From assembly GCA_964650945.1 (NCBI GenBank), contig CAZYXU010000004.1, positions 2,594 to 66,593 of the forward strand: a DNA stretch of 64,000 bases. Direction: 5' to 3'. Positions within the stretch are counted from its first letter, which is position 1, and every line of letters begins with the position of its first letter. The position numbers and the translations under genes are program-made. The DNA is from an uncultured Verrucomicrobiota bacterium (GTDB lineage Bacteria; Verrucomicrobiota; Kiritimatiellia; JAAZAB01). Positions 6,606-15,707 of this stretch are shown piece after piece. Below the pieces are notes generated by a model. That model ran no database searches. It saw nothing but the letters and a program-made list of their open reading frames with translations, and was not told the origin of the DNA.

Positions 6606-9434
6606 ATGAAAACCCCATCTCAACGCCGGAGCTGTTTACAGGCAAGCTTGCTCTTGTGGACCTTCCTGCTGGCTTGTGCCGCCTACGCCAGCGCGACTGA
6701 CCCGGAGCCGGCCGCGCCAAAATCCATTGTGGTCATCAGCGACGACGCCCACCCGCCTTTTATTTTCCGGGATGCCAACGGTAATTTGCGCGGCATACTC
6801 CCCGACCAATGGGCGCTCTGGGAAAAAAAGACGGGCATAAAGGTTGAACTGCGCGGCATGGATTGGGCCGATGCCCAGCGCCATATGCAGGAAGGCCGCG
6901 CGGATGTCATCGAGGCGATCCTGCCTACTCCTGAGCGCTCCCATCTTTATCATTTCACGCAGCCGCATACCAAAATCATTGTGCCGGTTTATGCGCACAA
7001 GTCCCTCGGCGGAATCAGCGATCTGTCATCCCTCAAAGGTTTGCCCATCGGCGTCAAGGCCGGAGACGCCGCGATCGGTTACTTGACCAACCGTGGCGTT
7101 ATCAACCTGAAGGAATATCCCAGTTACGAAGCCCTGATTCTGGCCGCGAAAAAACGCGAAGTCCAGGTCTATGCCATGAGCCAGCCGTCGTGCGTCTATT
7201 TCCTTTACAAGCACGGCATTGCCGGCGACTTCCACCAATCTTTCATCCTTTATTCGGGAAATTTGCATCGGGCCGTCCATCAAAACCGGACTAACCTGCT
7301 GCGCCTGGTGGAAAACGGTTTTAACAAAATTTCCCGGAGCGAATACCAGGCGATCGAGCGTAAATGGCGGGGCGCTCCGCTCATGTTCATGGGTGTTTTC
7401 CGCAACTATTGGCGCTGGATTTTCGGCGCCCTCGCCGCCTTCCTGGTGCTGGCGATGGGCAACCTCTTTTTAGTCCGGCATGCCCGCGGCAAGGATGCCG
7501 CGCTGCTCGCCTCCCGCGAATATTTCGCCTTGGTCTTCGATTTGATCAATGACGCCCTCTTTATCCACGATACCGGCACCGGCGCCATCATCAACGTCAA
7601 TCGCCGGATGTGCGAGATGTATGGGTACTCATCGCGCAGAGCGGTGCTGGCAGCGGGACTGGGTCCGTTATGTTCCGGCATATCGCCCTACACGCTGGCA
7701 GACGCCTTGAAATGGATGCGCAAGGCGGCCGCCGATGGTCCCCAGGTCTTCGAATGGCACGCGCGGCATCATGACGGGCATCTTTTCTGGGTGGAAATCA
7801 ACATGCGCCGGGTGCAAATCGGCGGCGACGACCGGCTGATCGTCTCCGTGCGCGATAATACCGAACGTAAAAACACCGCCCAGCAACTGAGCCTGGCCTT
7901 AAAGCGCTACCGCATGCTGGAGAAACAGAACCGCATTGTCACATGGACGATCGACCTCAATGGAGTTTATACCAGTCTGGGGTCGGAAACCATGGATGTC
8001 GGACAGTTCCACCCGGAAGAATTGGTCGGCAAAACATATTTTTACGAAACACATCCGCCGGAAGGCCGGGAAGCATTCAAGGCCAGGGTGCTGGGGTATC
8101 TCGCGCGCGGCGAGCCATTCCGCAACCTGGTCCACCCCTTGCTTGCCAAATCGGGCGAAATCGTCTGGCTTTCGTCCAACGGCATCCCGATGCACGACCA
8201 GCATGGCCACATCACCGGAGCCTGGGGCACCAGCACCGACATCACCGACCTTAAGCGCGCGGAATCCGAGCATGCCACGCTGCAGGAGCGCCTGACGCAC
8301 GCCCGGAAGCTGGAATCCATCGGACGTTTCGCCGGCACCGTCTCGCACGATTTCAACAACATGCTCCAGGGCATTCTCGGTTATACGGACTTGGCCCTTG
8401 AGCAGGTGCCCGCGGACCAGACCCTGCATTCCGACCTGCTGGAAATCCAGAAAACCGCCCGGCGCGCGACCCAACTCTCCCGTCAGCTTCAAACCTTCGC
8501 GCGCAGCCAGGTGATTGAGCCTAAAATCCTGGCACTGAACGAAGCCATCGAGAACATGACCGGCATGCTCCGCCGCCTGGTCGGCGAACATATCCAACTG
8601 GAATGGAAGCCCGGCGGACAAGCCGGCCATGTGCGGATCGACCCCAGCCAATTGGATCAGATCATGACCACCCTCTGCGCCAACGCCCGCGATGCCATTA
8701 AACAGACCGGCCGGATCGTCGTCGAGACGGACAAATTTGACATTGCTCCCGCCGCGACCAGCCGGTTCGGCGGCATTGCCCCCGGCAACTACGCGCGGCT
8801 GACGGTGCGCGATGACGGCGGCGGGATGACGCCGGAGGTTCGCGATCAACTGTTCGAACCATTCTTCACCACCAAATCCCGCGGCCAGGGCAAGGGATTG
8901 GGGCTATTCATCGTCTACGGCATTGTCACCCAGAACGGCGGGTTTATCCGTGTCGAGAGCGCACCCGGCCAGGGCGCGGTCTTTCAAATTTACCTGCCCC
9001 ACTGCGCCGGCGAGAAAACCGCGCCCGAACCGCCCGCCGAGGTTGCCGCGCCGGTGCCGGCCGCCCATGGCACCATCCTGCTGGTTGACGACGAAGAAAC
9101 CGTGCTTTGCACTACCCGCCGGATCCTGGAAAATATCGGCTGCCAGGTTTTGGCGGCCAACTCCGCGAAAATTGCGCTCAATATTTTCAAGGAAAACAGC
9201 AGCCGGATTGACATCGTGATTGCCGACGTCGTCATGCCGGAAATGAACGGGCCCGAACTGGTCCGGCAACTGCTGAAACAACGCCCTGACTTGAAATACT
9301 TGTACATTTCCGGCCATAGCGCCAGTTTTCTGGCCGAGCAGGGGGTTGATGGCAGCGAACAGAACTTCATCCAGAAGCCGTTTTCCCAAAGAACCCTTGC
9401 CGAGAAGGTGCAGAAATGCCTGGCGCGGAAATAA
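6606..9434 (+). CDS. Hybrid sensor histidine kinase/response regulator with a periplasmic solute-binding (SBP_bac_3-like) domain and PAS domains
   Basis: This is ORF 6567..9434; the start may be 6567 or the ATG at 6606 (MKTPSQRRSCLQASLLLWTFLLACAAYASA, a signal-like sequence). The order of domains is a periplasmic amino-acid-binding-like domain, a TM segment, two PAS regions, an H-box (SHDFNNMLQGILGY), an HATPase region (GKGLGLFIVYGIV) and a receiver (ILLVDDEE, IADVVMPEMNG, QKPF). Confidence 0.9.
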   Translation: MKTPSQRRSCLQASLLLWTFLLACAAYASATDPEPAAPKSIVVISDDAHPPFIFRDANGNLRGILPDQWALWEKKTGIKVELRGMDWADAQRHMQEGRADVIEAILPTPERSHLYHFTQPHTKIIVPVYAHKSLGGISDLSSLKGLPIGVKAGDAAIGYLTNRGVINLKEYPSYEALILAAKKREVQVYAMSQPSCVYFLYKHGIAGDFHQSFILYSGNLHRAVHQNRTNLLRLVENGFNKISRSEYQAIERKWRGAPLMFMGVFRNYWRWIFGALAAFLVLAMGNLFLVRHARGKDAALLASREYFALVFDLINDALFIHDTGTGAIINVNRRMCEMYGYSSRRAVLAAGLGPLCSGISPYTLADALKWMRKAAADGPQVFEWHARHHDGHLFWVEINMRRVQIGGDDRLIVSVRDNTERKNTAQQLSLALKRYRMLEKQNRIVTWTIDLNGVYTSLGSETMDVGQFHPEELVGKTYFYETHPPEGREAFKARVLGYLARGEPFRNLVHPLLAKSGEIVWLSSNGIPMHDQHGHITGAWGTSTDITDLKRAESEHATLQERLTHARKLESIGRFAGTVSHDFNNMLQGILGYTDLALEQVPADQTLHSDLLEIQKTARRATQLSRQLQTFARSQVIEPKILALNEAIENMTGMLRRLVGEHIQLEWKPGGQAGHVRIDPSQLDQIMTTLCANARDAIKQTGRIVVETDKFDIAPAATSRFGGIAPGNYARLTVRDDGGGMTPEVRDQLFEPFFTTKSRGQGKGLGLFIVYGIVTQNGGFIRVESAPGQGAVFQIYLPHCAGEKTAPEPPAEVAAPVPAAHGTILLVDDEETVLCTTRRILENIGCQVLAANSAKIALNIFKENSSRIDIVIADVVMPEMNGPELVRQLLKQRPDLKYLYISGHSASFLAEQGVDGSEQNFIQKPFSQRTLAEKVQKCLARK

Positions 9435-9441
9435 ACCCGCA

Positions 9442-10809
9442 TTAAAGGCCCCGTTCCGACAGTTTTGTGGCCCACTCCCGGAAGCGACGGCCACGCTCCT
9501 CAAAATTACGGAACTGGTCAAAACTGGCGCAGGCGGGCGAAAGCAGGATGGTATCGCCGCGGACAGCATCTTGCCATGCTGCCGCGCACGCCGCTGCCAG
9601 CGTGCCGCATTCCCGGCAGGGAACTGCATCGCGCCAGGCGTCCGCCATGCGCGGGGCATCCCTGCCGATCAGGTAGATGCCCGCCGCCTTTGCCCGCAGC
9701 AACGGCAGGGCCGGCGCAAACGACTCGCCCTTGCCCTGGCCGCCGGCAATCAGGCGCAAGGGCCCCGGCACCACCTGGAGCGCCGCGCATAACGCCGCCA
9801 CGTTGGTAGCCTTGGAGTCGTCGATTAGCCGCACGCCACGCACGCAACCGGATGCTTCCAGGCGATGCGGCAGGCCGACAAATAATCGCGCGGCCTCCGC
9901 CAGCCGCGCCCACTCTACCCCGCAAGCCCGCATGGCCGCGGCGGCCGCCGCCACGCCGGCCCCCAGCACCGGGTTGTCAAAAACCGTTCCCTGCAACTTG
10001 ACCGCCGGGATGCCGCCGGCCGTGACAACCCAACCATCGCGGTATTGCAAATCCGCCGGGGGCGCGGCGCCAAAGGTGATCCAGTCCGCGCCGGAAGCCG
10101 GCGGCCCAAATTGCCGCAACAACGCCGGCTCCATGATGCCGGTATTCCCCGCGCCCATGGCGGCAAACAGGCGGAATTTCAGATTGCGATAGTTTGCAAG
10201 GTCGCTATGCCGGTCCAGGTGGTTGGGATAAACATTCAATAAGACGGCGACATCAGGCCGGATGCCCCCGGGAAATTCGAGTTGGAATGAACTGACCTCC
10301 AGCACCACCCAATCCCATTGCCGCCCATCCAGGACGACCTGGCAGACGGGTAAACCGTAATTGCCGGCGATGCAGGCCCGGCGGCCGGCCCGGGTCATGG
10401 TTTCCGCGCACAGTTTTACCAGGGTGCTCTTGCCGTTGGAACCGGTGACCGCCAGGGTGCGCGCCTTGAGATGGCGCCAACCGAACGCCAGTTCCGAGAT
10501 CACAGGAATCCCGCGGTCAGCCACCAGGCGCAACCAGGCGGAATTGGCCGCCAGGCCGGGGCTGGTGACACACAAATCAAAATCGCCCGGCGGCGGCGCC
10601 GCGGCTCCCAAAACCGCCACGCACCCCGCGGCGCGCAAGGCCTCCGCCCGTCCCCGCAACTCCGGCGTATCCGCGGCATCCGCCGCCGTCACCGCGGCAT
10701 TTTGCGCCCGCAGCAGGCGCGCCGCGGCAACACCGCTGGCGCCCAGTCCCAAAACCAGCGCGCGGCTTGAGCGACACCCCGTTGCACCCATGCTCCCCCC
10801 TGACGCCAT
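9442..10809 (-). CDS. murD: UDP-N-acetylmuramoylalanine--D-glutamate ligase
   Basis: It has a Rossmann-type N-terminus (LVLGLGASGVAAARLL) and a P-loop (VTGSNGKSTL), and it sits in dcw context. ORF 9442..10812 starts at TTG; I prefer the ATG at 10809. Confidence 0.9.
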   Translation of the reverse strand: MASGGSMGATGCRSSRALVLGLGASGVAAARLLRAQNAAVTAADAADTPELRGRAEALRAAGCVAVLGAAAPPPGDFDLCVTSPGLAANSAWLRLVADRGIPVISELAFGWRHLKARTLAVTGSNGKSTLVKLCAETMTRAGRRACIAGNYGLPVCQVVLDGRQWDWVVLEVSSFQLEFPGGIRPDVAVLLNVYPNHLDRHSDLANYRNLKFRLFAAMGAGNTGIMEPALLRQFGPPASGADWITFGAAPPADLQYRDGWVVTAGGIPAVKLQGTVFDNPVLGAGVAAAAAAMRACGVEWARLAEAARLFVGLPHRLEASGCVRGVRLIDDSKATNVAALCAALQVVPGPLRLIAGGQGKGESFAPALPLLRAKAAGIYLIGRDAPRMADAWRDAVPCRECGTLAAACAAAWQDAVRGDTILLSPACASFDQFRNFEERGRRFREWATKLSERGL

Positions 10810-10936
10810 CAATTCTCACCGGTCAGGACTGCCCGGATTGCAGCGCCGCCGCATTCATGGCCGCCACAATTTCAGCGGGCGAATCATCCGGCTGGCGGTG
10901 GGTGGGGCAAAAACCACCCCACCCCGGGCATCCTTT

Positions 10937-11431
10937 TCATTTTTCCCCTTGCGTGACCGGAGCGGACTGAATTTCAGCTTCCCCGTGATATTGCCTGCCA
11001 TTGGAATCCACGCCATCATAAGTCCATTTGCATCTGGGAGCCACGGGCGAGGTCACGCCGTGCCAATTCGGATCGCAAACCGCGGTTTTGCGCGGCGGTA
11101 TCCAACCATTGGTCACCGGGCATCCTTGCGCATACCACTGGGCAAAGTCCGCGCCCGTCAACCGGCGCTTCAGGATGTTCACAGGCGTCCATTGGCCGTC
11201 CAGATAAAAACAACCCTCAAATCCGGTGATCTGGATGGGGTAATCGGTGGCATTATGCACTTCCGTCCGGTAAAACCACATATAAGGAAAAGGCCGGCCT
11301 TCGGGAATGGCGGCGGCATGGATGTCGCTTGGATTAGGGGTGTGCGTGACAACCAGTCCGGCCGTCCGCCCACAGCCCGCGAGGCTGACAGTAAAAATCA
11401 TCATGATCCCGACCAACCACGGTATTTGCAT
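10937..11431 (-). CDS. Hypothetical lipoprotein inserted between mraY and murD
   Basis: A strong SD (GGGAGGG) lies 5 nt before the ATG. The signal peptide carries a lipobox (FTVSLAGC). The mature part is Trp/Cys-containing and resembles no family I recognise. Confidence 0.7.
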   Translation of the reverse strand: MQIPWLVGIMMIFTVSLAGCGRTAGLVVTHTPNPSDIHAAAIPEGRPFPYMWFYRTEVHNATDYPIQITGFEGCFYLDGQWTPVNILKRRLTGADFAQWYAQGCPVTNGWIPPRKTAVCDPNWHGVTSPVAPRCKWTYDGVDSNGRQYHGEAEIQSAPVTQGEK

Positions 11432-11536
11432 ATTTACCCTCCCTTTGAGTGCCTATCAACGCCGCCTTAAAATTTGCGACCGCCCAATTCAGCACGCCGA
11501 TCATTGCCGGCGATCCGTTGACACCAGCGGCGCGCA

Positions 11537-12652
11537 TCACCGGATTTTGAGCATCAAAACCCCGCATAGCGCGCAAATAATCGATATGATCCAGAACCGG
11601 ATGGTCACCTGCGTTTCGCTCCATGGATTGGTCTTTTTCAACTCAAAATGGTGATGCAACGGCGCGCAGGCGAAAATCCGCCGGCGCCGCCATTTAAACC
11701 AGCCCACCTGCATAATCACGCTCGCCGCCTCCAGGACAAATACTCCGCCGATCACCAGTAACGCCAGTTCGTGTTTAAGCAATACCGCCGTGACGCCGAT
11801 GGCCCCGCCCAGGGCCAGGCTGCCGGTGTCACCCATGAAGACCTGCGCGGGATGGCAATTAAACCAGAGGAATCCCAGCGCGCCGCCCAGCAGGCAGCCG
11901 CAGAAAACGGCCAGCTCGCCGGCGCCCACGATGTAGGGCACCTGCAAATAACCGGCGAATTGGATGTGGCCCGCGACATACGCCAGCACCAGGTAGGCCA
12001 GCGCCACCGAGCCGGTGCAGCCAATGGCCAGCCCGTCCAGGCCGTCCGTGAGATTCACGGCATTGCTGGCGCCGATAATGACCAACAACGCAAAGACAAA
12101 CGCCAGCGCCACTCCCATGTCGCTCAGCACCGGGGTTTTGATAAAGGGGATCATTAAATGGCGCGCATATTCGCGGGTCATTGGCAAAAGCAGGATGATG
12201 CCGAACACCAGCGCCACCCAAAAAACCTGTAACAAAAGCTTGCCCCGCGCCGACAAGCCGCCCGGCCGGCGGCGCACAACCTTGATATAATCATCGGCAA
12301 AGCCAATCGCGCCAAACGCCCACATGGTGCCCAGCGCCAGCCATATAAGCGGATTGCCCGGCACCGCCCAGAGCAGACAGGCGGCGCTGACGGCGGCAAT
12401 GATCAGGATGCCGCCCATGGTGGGGGTGCGTTTTTTAGTTTCGCCATGCAGGTTGTCGAGTGCCGGGGCGTCATCGCGATAGCGCGTGGCATCGCCGCTG
12501 CAGAGTTTGCCCAGCCGGCGAATCAGCCATGGACCAACCAGCAGACTGATCAGGAAGGCCGTGCCGGCGCCCGCAAAGGCGCGCACGGTGATGTATTGAA
12601 AAACCCGCAAAACCGACCATTGTTCCGACAAATAATGCAAATAATACAGCAT
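11537..12652 (-). CDS. mraY: Phospho-N-acetylmuramoyl-pentapeptide-transferase
   Basis: A polytopic membrane protein with the MraY motifs NLTDGLDGLA and HHHFE. I place the start at ATG 12652 (MLYYLHYLSEQWSVLRVFQYITVRA) by similarity to MraY N-termini. The ORF track extends it to 12685. Confidence 0.93.
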   Translation of the reverse strand: MLYYLHYLSEQWSVLRVFQYITVRAFAGAGTAFLISLLVGPWLIRRLGKLCSGDATRYRDDAPALDNLHGETKKRTPTMGGILIIAAVSAACLLWAVPGNPLIWLALGTMWAFGAIGFADDYIKVVRRRPGGLSARGKLLLQVFWVALVFGIILLLPMTREYARHLMIPFIKTPVLSDMGVALAFVFALLVIIGASNAVNLTDGLDGLAIGCTGSVALAYLVLAYVAGHIQFAGYLQVPYIVGAGELAVFCGCLLGGALGFLWFNCHPAQVFMGDTGSLALGGAIGVTAVLLKHELALLVIGGVFVLEAASVIMQVGWFKWRRRRIFACAPLHHHFELKKTNPWSETQVTIRFWIISIICALCGVLMLKIR

Positions 12653-12754
12653 CTTACCCCTGCCTTGCGTTGGCGAACGACACATGGCCGGAGGAAAGCC
12701 GCCCCCCTTCCGACTATGGCCGCAACCGGCGCCGCCTCAAATGTGTAAAACCGG

Positions 12755-14158
12755 TCAACTGATCCCGCTTGCATCCAGATCCCGCAGCGCGATCAAGACT
12801 TTTTCCAACCCGATGCCGCGCGATCCCTTCAGTAAAACCAAATCATCCGGGCGCGCGGCGCGCGCCAGGACGGCCGCGGCATCCGCCGGCGTCTGGCGCC
12901 GGAACAAGCGATCGGCGGGCATGCCGCAATCCGCGGCCATATCCGCGACCGCGGACGCCAGCTCTCCAACCGTGATCACCCCCTGCCAGGCATTTGCGGC
13001 CACCAACCGGCCCAGTTCCCGGTGCCTGGCGATGGCGTCGCGCCCCAGTTCCAGCATGCCGCCCAAGACCAGCCATTTACGCTCGCCCGGCAGGGACTGG
13101 AACGTGCGCAACGCTTCCGCCATGCTCAAGGGATTGGCATTATAGGCATCGTTGATGAAGGCGACTCCCCGCCAGGCGCAACGCTCCCAGCGCATGGGCG
13201 GCGCCCGGTAATTTTCCAAGGCCCGGATGATGTCCGGCCAGGGCGCCCCCCAGGTCCGCCCCAGCGCCGCGGCCAGCAAAATATTGGCCAGATTGTGCCG
13301 GCCGGGCAGCGACGGGCGCAAGGACCATGTTGACGCTGCCGCCCGTTCGCCCAGGATGGCCAGGCCATCCGGCCGGCTCCGCGCGTAATAATCGGCCGGG
13401 GGCGCCGGCCGGCCGTCATCCAAGGCGACGGTGACCACCGGCCCGGGCGCGGCCGCGCGCAACAGGTCGAACCATGGCACATCCGCGCGCAAGACCGTCA
13501 CGCCCGCGGGCGGCAGGGCGCGCAGCAACCTGGATTTTTCCCGCGCAATCGCCTGTTCGGATTCAAAGAATTCGAGATGCACGGGGCCGACATTGGTGAC
13601 CACGCCCCAATCGGGGGCCAGCACCCGGCACAGGGGATCCATTTCGCCGGGATGATTCACGCCAACTTCAAAGACGCCGGTCTGGGCATCCGCGGGCATA
13701 TTCAGCAGGCTGAGCGGCAAGCCGATGTTATTGTTCCAATTGCCGCGCGTGCGGGCCACCACCCCCTGGGTCGCCAATACGTCGGCAATCATTTCCTTGA
13801 CGGTGGTTTTGCCCGCGCTGCCGGTGACTCCCACGATGCGCACTCCCCGCGCCCGGCGGTAGCCGGCGGCCATATCCTGCAAGGCCTGTAAGGGATCGGC
13901 AACCCGCAGCAGCGGCCCGGCGGCCGCGCCCGCAGTGCGCGCATAAGTCCGAGCAACCACCGCGCCGGCGGCGCCCAGATGCAAGGCGTTGGGCACGAAA
14001 TCATGTCCATCGCAATGCTCGCCCCTTAAGGCCACGAACAAGCAGTCCGCGCCGGCGGCGCGCGAATCGACGCTGACGGCGGCCAGTTTCGGCGGAACGC
14101 CATGCTCCCACCTCCCGCCACACCACTGCGCCAATGAAAGTGGATTGAGTCCGCGCAT
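12755..14158 (-). CDS. murF: UDP-N-acetylmuramoyl-tripeptide--D-alanyl-D-alanine ligase
   Basis: A Mur ligase with P-loop GVTGSAGKTT. I place the start at ATG 14158 (MRGLNPLSLAQWCGG), one nt after the murE stop. The ORF track's start at 14206 would overlap murE by 47 nt. Confidence 0.9.
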   Translation of the reverse strand: MRGLNPLSLAQWCGGRWEHGVPPKLAAVSVDSRAAGADCLFVALRGEHCDGHDFVPNALHLGAAGAVVARTYARTAGAAAGPLLRVADPLQALQDMAAGYRRARGVRIVGVTGSAGKTTVKEMIADVLATQGVVARTRGNWNNNIGLPLSLLNMPADAQTGVFEVGVNHPGEMDPLCRVLAPDWGVVTNVGPVHLEFFESEQAIAREKSRLLRALPPAGVTVLRADVPWFDLLRAAAPGPVVTVALDDGRPAPPADYYARSRPDGLAILGERAAASTWSLRPSLPGRHNLANILLAAALGRTWGAPWPDIIRALENYRAPPMRWERCAWRGVAFINDAYNANPLSMAEALRTFQSLPGERKWLVLGGMLELGRDAIARHRELGRLVAANAWQGVITVGELASAVADMAADCGMPADRLFRRQTPADAAAVLARAARPDDLVLLKGSRGIGLEKVLIALRDLDASGIS

Positions 14159-14159
14159 G

Positions 14160-15638
14160 TCAGGTTTTAAGCCCCAGGCATTCCCGCACCACCTGGCGGT
14201 CGTCAAACGGAATTACCGTGTCGGCAAATTCCTGATAATTTTCATGGCCCTTGCCGGCCACCAACACCACGTCGCCGCGCTCGGCCATCGTCAGCGCCCG
14301 GACAATGGCCTCGTGCCGGTCTTCCACCACCTCAAAGTTGTCATGCCCGCTGAATCCGGCGCGCACCTGGGCGATGATGTCCGACGGATTTTCCTTGCGG
14401 GGATTGTCGGATGTCAGAATGGCATAATCCGCCAATTCCCCGGCCACGGCGCCCATTAACGGCCGTTTGCGCCGGTCGCGGTCGCCGCCGCAGCCAAACA
14501 CCACGATCAGGCGGCCGGCGGTGATTTCGCGCATGGTGGTCAGCACATTTTTCAAGGCATCTTCGGTATGGGCGTAGTCCACAAACACCTGGAAACCGGC
14601 GTTGTTTTCAATTTCCTCCAGACGCCCGGGGACGGATTGCATGGCGTTCAGCACCGGCGCAATCACCGGCAATTCCACGCCCAGCGCGGCGCAGGCGCCG
14701 AACGCTGCCAGGGCGTTATAGACATTATACCGTCCCAGCAGGCGCAGCCGCAGGGCAACCGTCCCCCAGGGACTGACGACATCGAACGCGCTGCCCCGGG
14801 CGCTTAATTCAAGGTTGACAGCCCTGACCATGGCGGCCTGATTTTGTATGCCATAGGAAAAGACCGGGGCGTGTTTTTCGGCCAGTCCCAGGAGGCGGGC
14901 GCCGTGCGGATCATCCAGATTAATTAAAGCGGACTGGCCGGGCCGGCCGCGCAATCCGCGGAAGAGGAGGCTTTTAGCCTCGTAATACCCGTCCACGGTT
15001 TGATGGTAGTCGAGGTGGTCATGCGTCAGATTGGTGAAGACCGCCACGTCGTAATCGATGCCCCATACCCGCCGCTGAACCAGGCCGTGCGAGGAAACCT
15101 CCATGATGGCGCTTTGACAGCCCGCATGCGCCATTTGCGCGAGCATGTTGTGCAAGTCAATTGCTTCCGGCGTGGTGCGCGGCGCGGGAATCGAGCGATC
15201 GCCGATTTCATACCGGATCGTGCCGATCAGACCCGGCCGTAGCCCGGCCGCCCGTAAAACATTGCGCGCCATGTTCGCCGTCGTCGTTTTGCCGTTGGTG
15301 CCGGTGATGCCCAGCATGCGCAGACGGCGCGCCGGGTATTCATAGTAGGCCGCCGCCATCTCCGCCATGACCTGGCGCACATCCGCCACCCTGACAAACA
15401 GGGCATGGCCGCGGGCCAGGGTTAATTCCTCCCGGGTGACGATCATCGCGGCGCCCCGGCCGAGCGCATCCCGGATAAAACGGCTGCCATCCAGATTGCG
15501 GCCCGGCACCGCGAAAAAAGCCTGGCCGGGCTTGACTTGCCGGGAATCGAACGCCAACCCCTTGATCTCCGCTTCAGCGTCGCCCTGCACGCTGAGAACC
15601 TGTGTTGCGGCCAGCAGAATGCTCGCCTTCATTGTCAT
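14160..15638 (-). CDS. murE: UDP-N-acetylmuramoyl-L-alanyl-D-glutamate--2,6-diaminopimelate ligase
   Basis: A Mur ligase with P-loop GITGTNGKTT. The DNPR motif (LTSDNPRKENP) is characteristic of meso-DAP-adding MurE. Confidence 0.9.
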   Translation of the reverse strand: MTMKASILLAATQVLSVQGDAEAEIKGLAFDSRQVKPGQAFFAVPGRNLDGSRFIRDALGRGAAMIVTREELTLARGHALFVRVADVRQVMAEMAAAYYEYPARRLRMLGITGTNGKTTTANMARNVLRAAGLRPGLIGTIRYEIGDRSIPAPRTTPEAIDLHNMLAQMAHAGCQSAIMEVSSHGLVQRRVWGIDYDVAVFTNLTHDHLDYHQTVDGYYEAKSLLFRGLRGRPGQSALINLDDPHGARLLGLAEKHAPVFSYGIQNQAAMVRAVNLELSARGSAFDVVSPWGTVALRLRLLGRYNVYNALAAFGACAALGVELPVIAPVLNAMQSVPGRLEEIENNAGFQVFVDYAHTEDALKNVLTTMREITAGRLIVVFGCGGDRDRRKRPLMGAVAGELADYAILTSDNPRKENPSDIIAQVRAGFSGHDNFEVVEDRHEAIVRALTMAERGDVVLVAGKGHENYQEFADTVIPFDDRQVVRECLGLKT

Positions 15639-15707
15639 GCTTCCTTCTCACAAACTTCCGCCGCCCGTTCGGAGGGCAAACGGCTAACATTCCCCAGCGC
15701 CCCGCCC

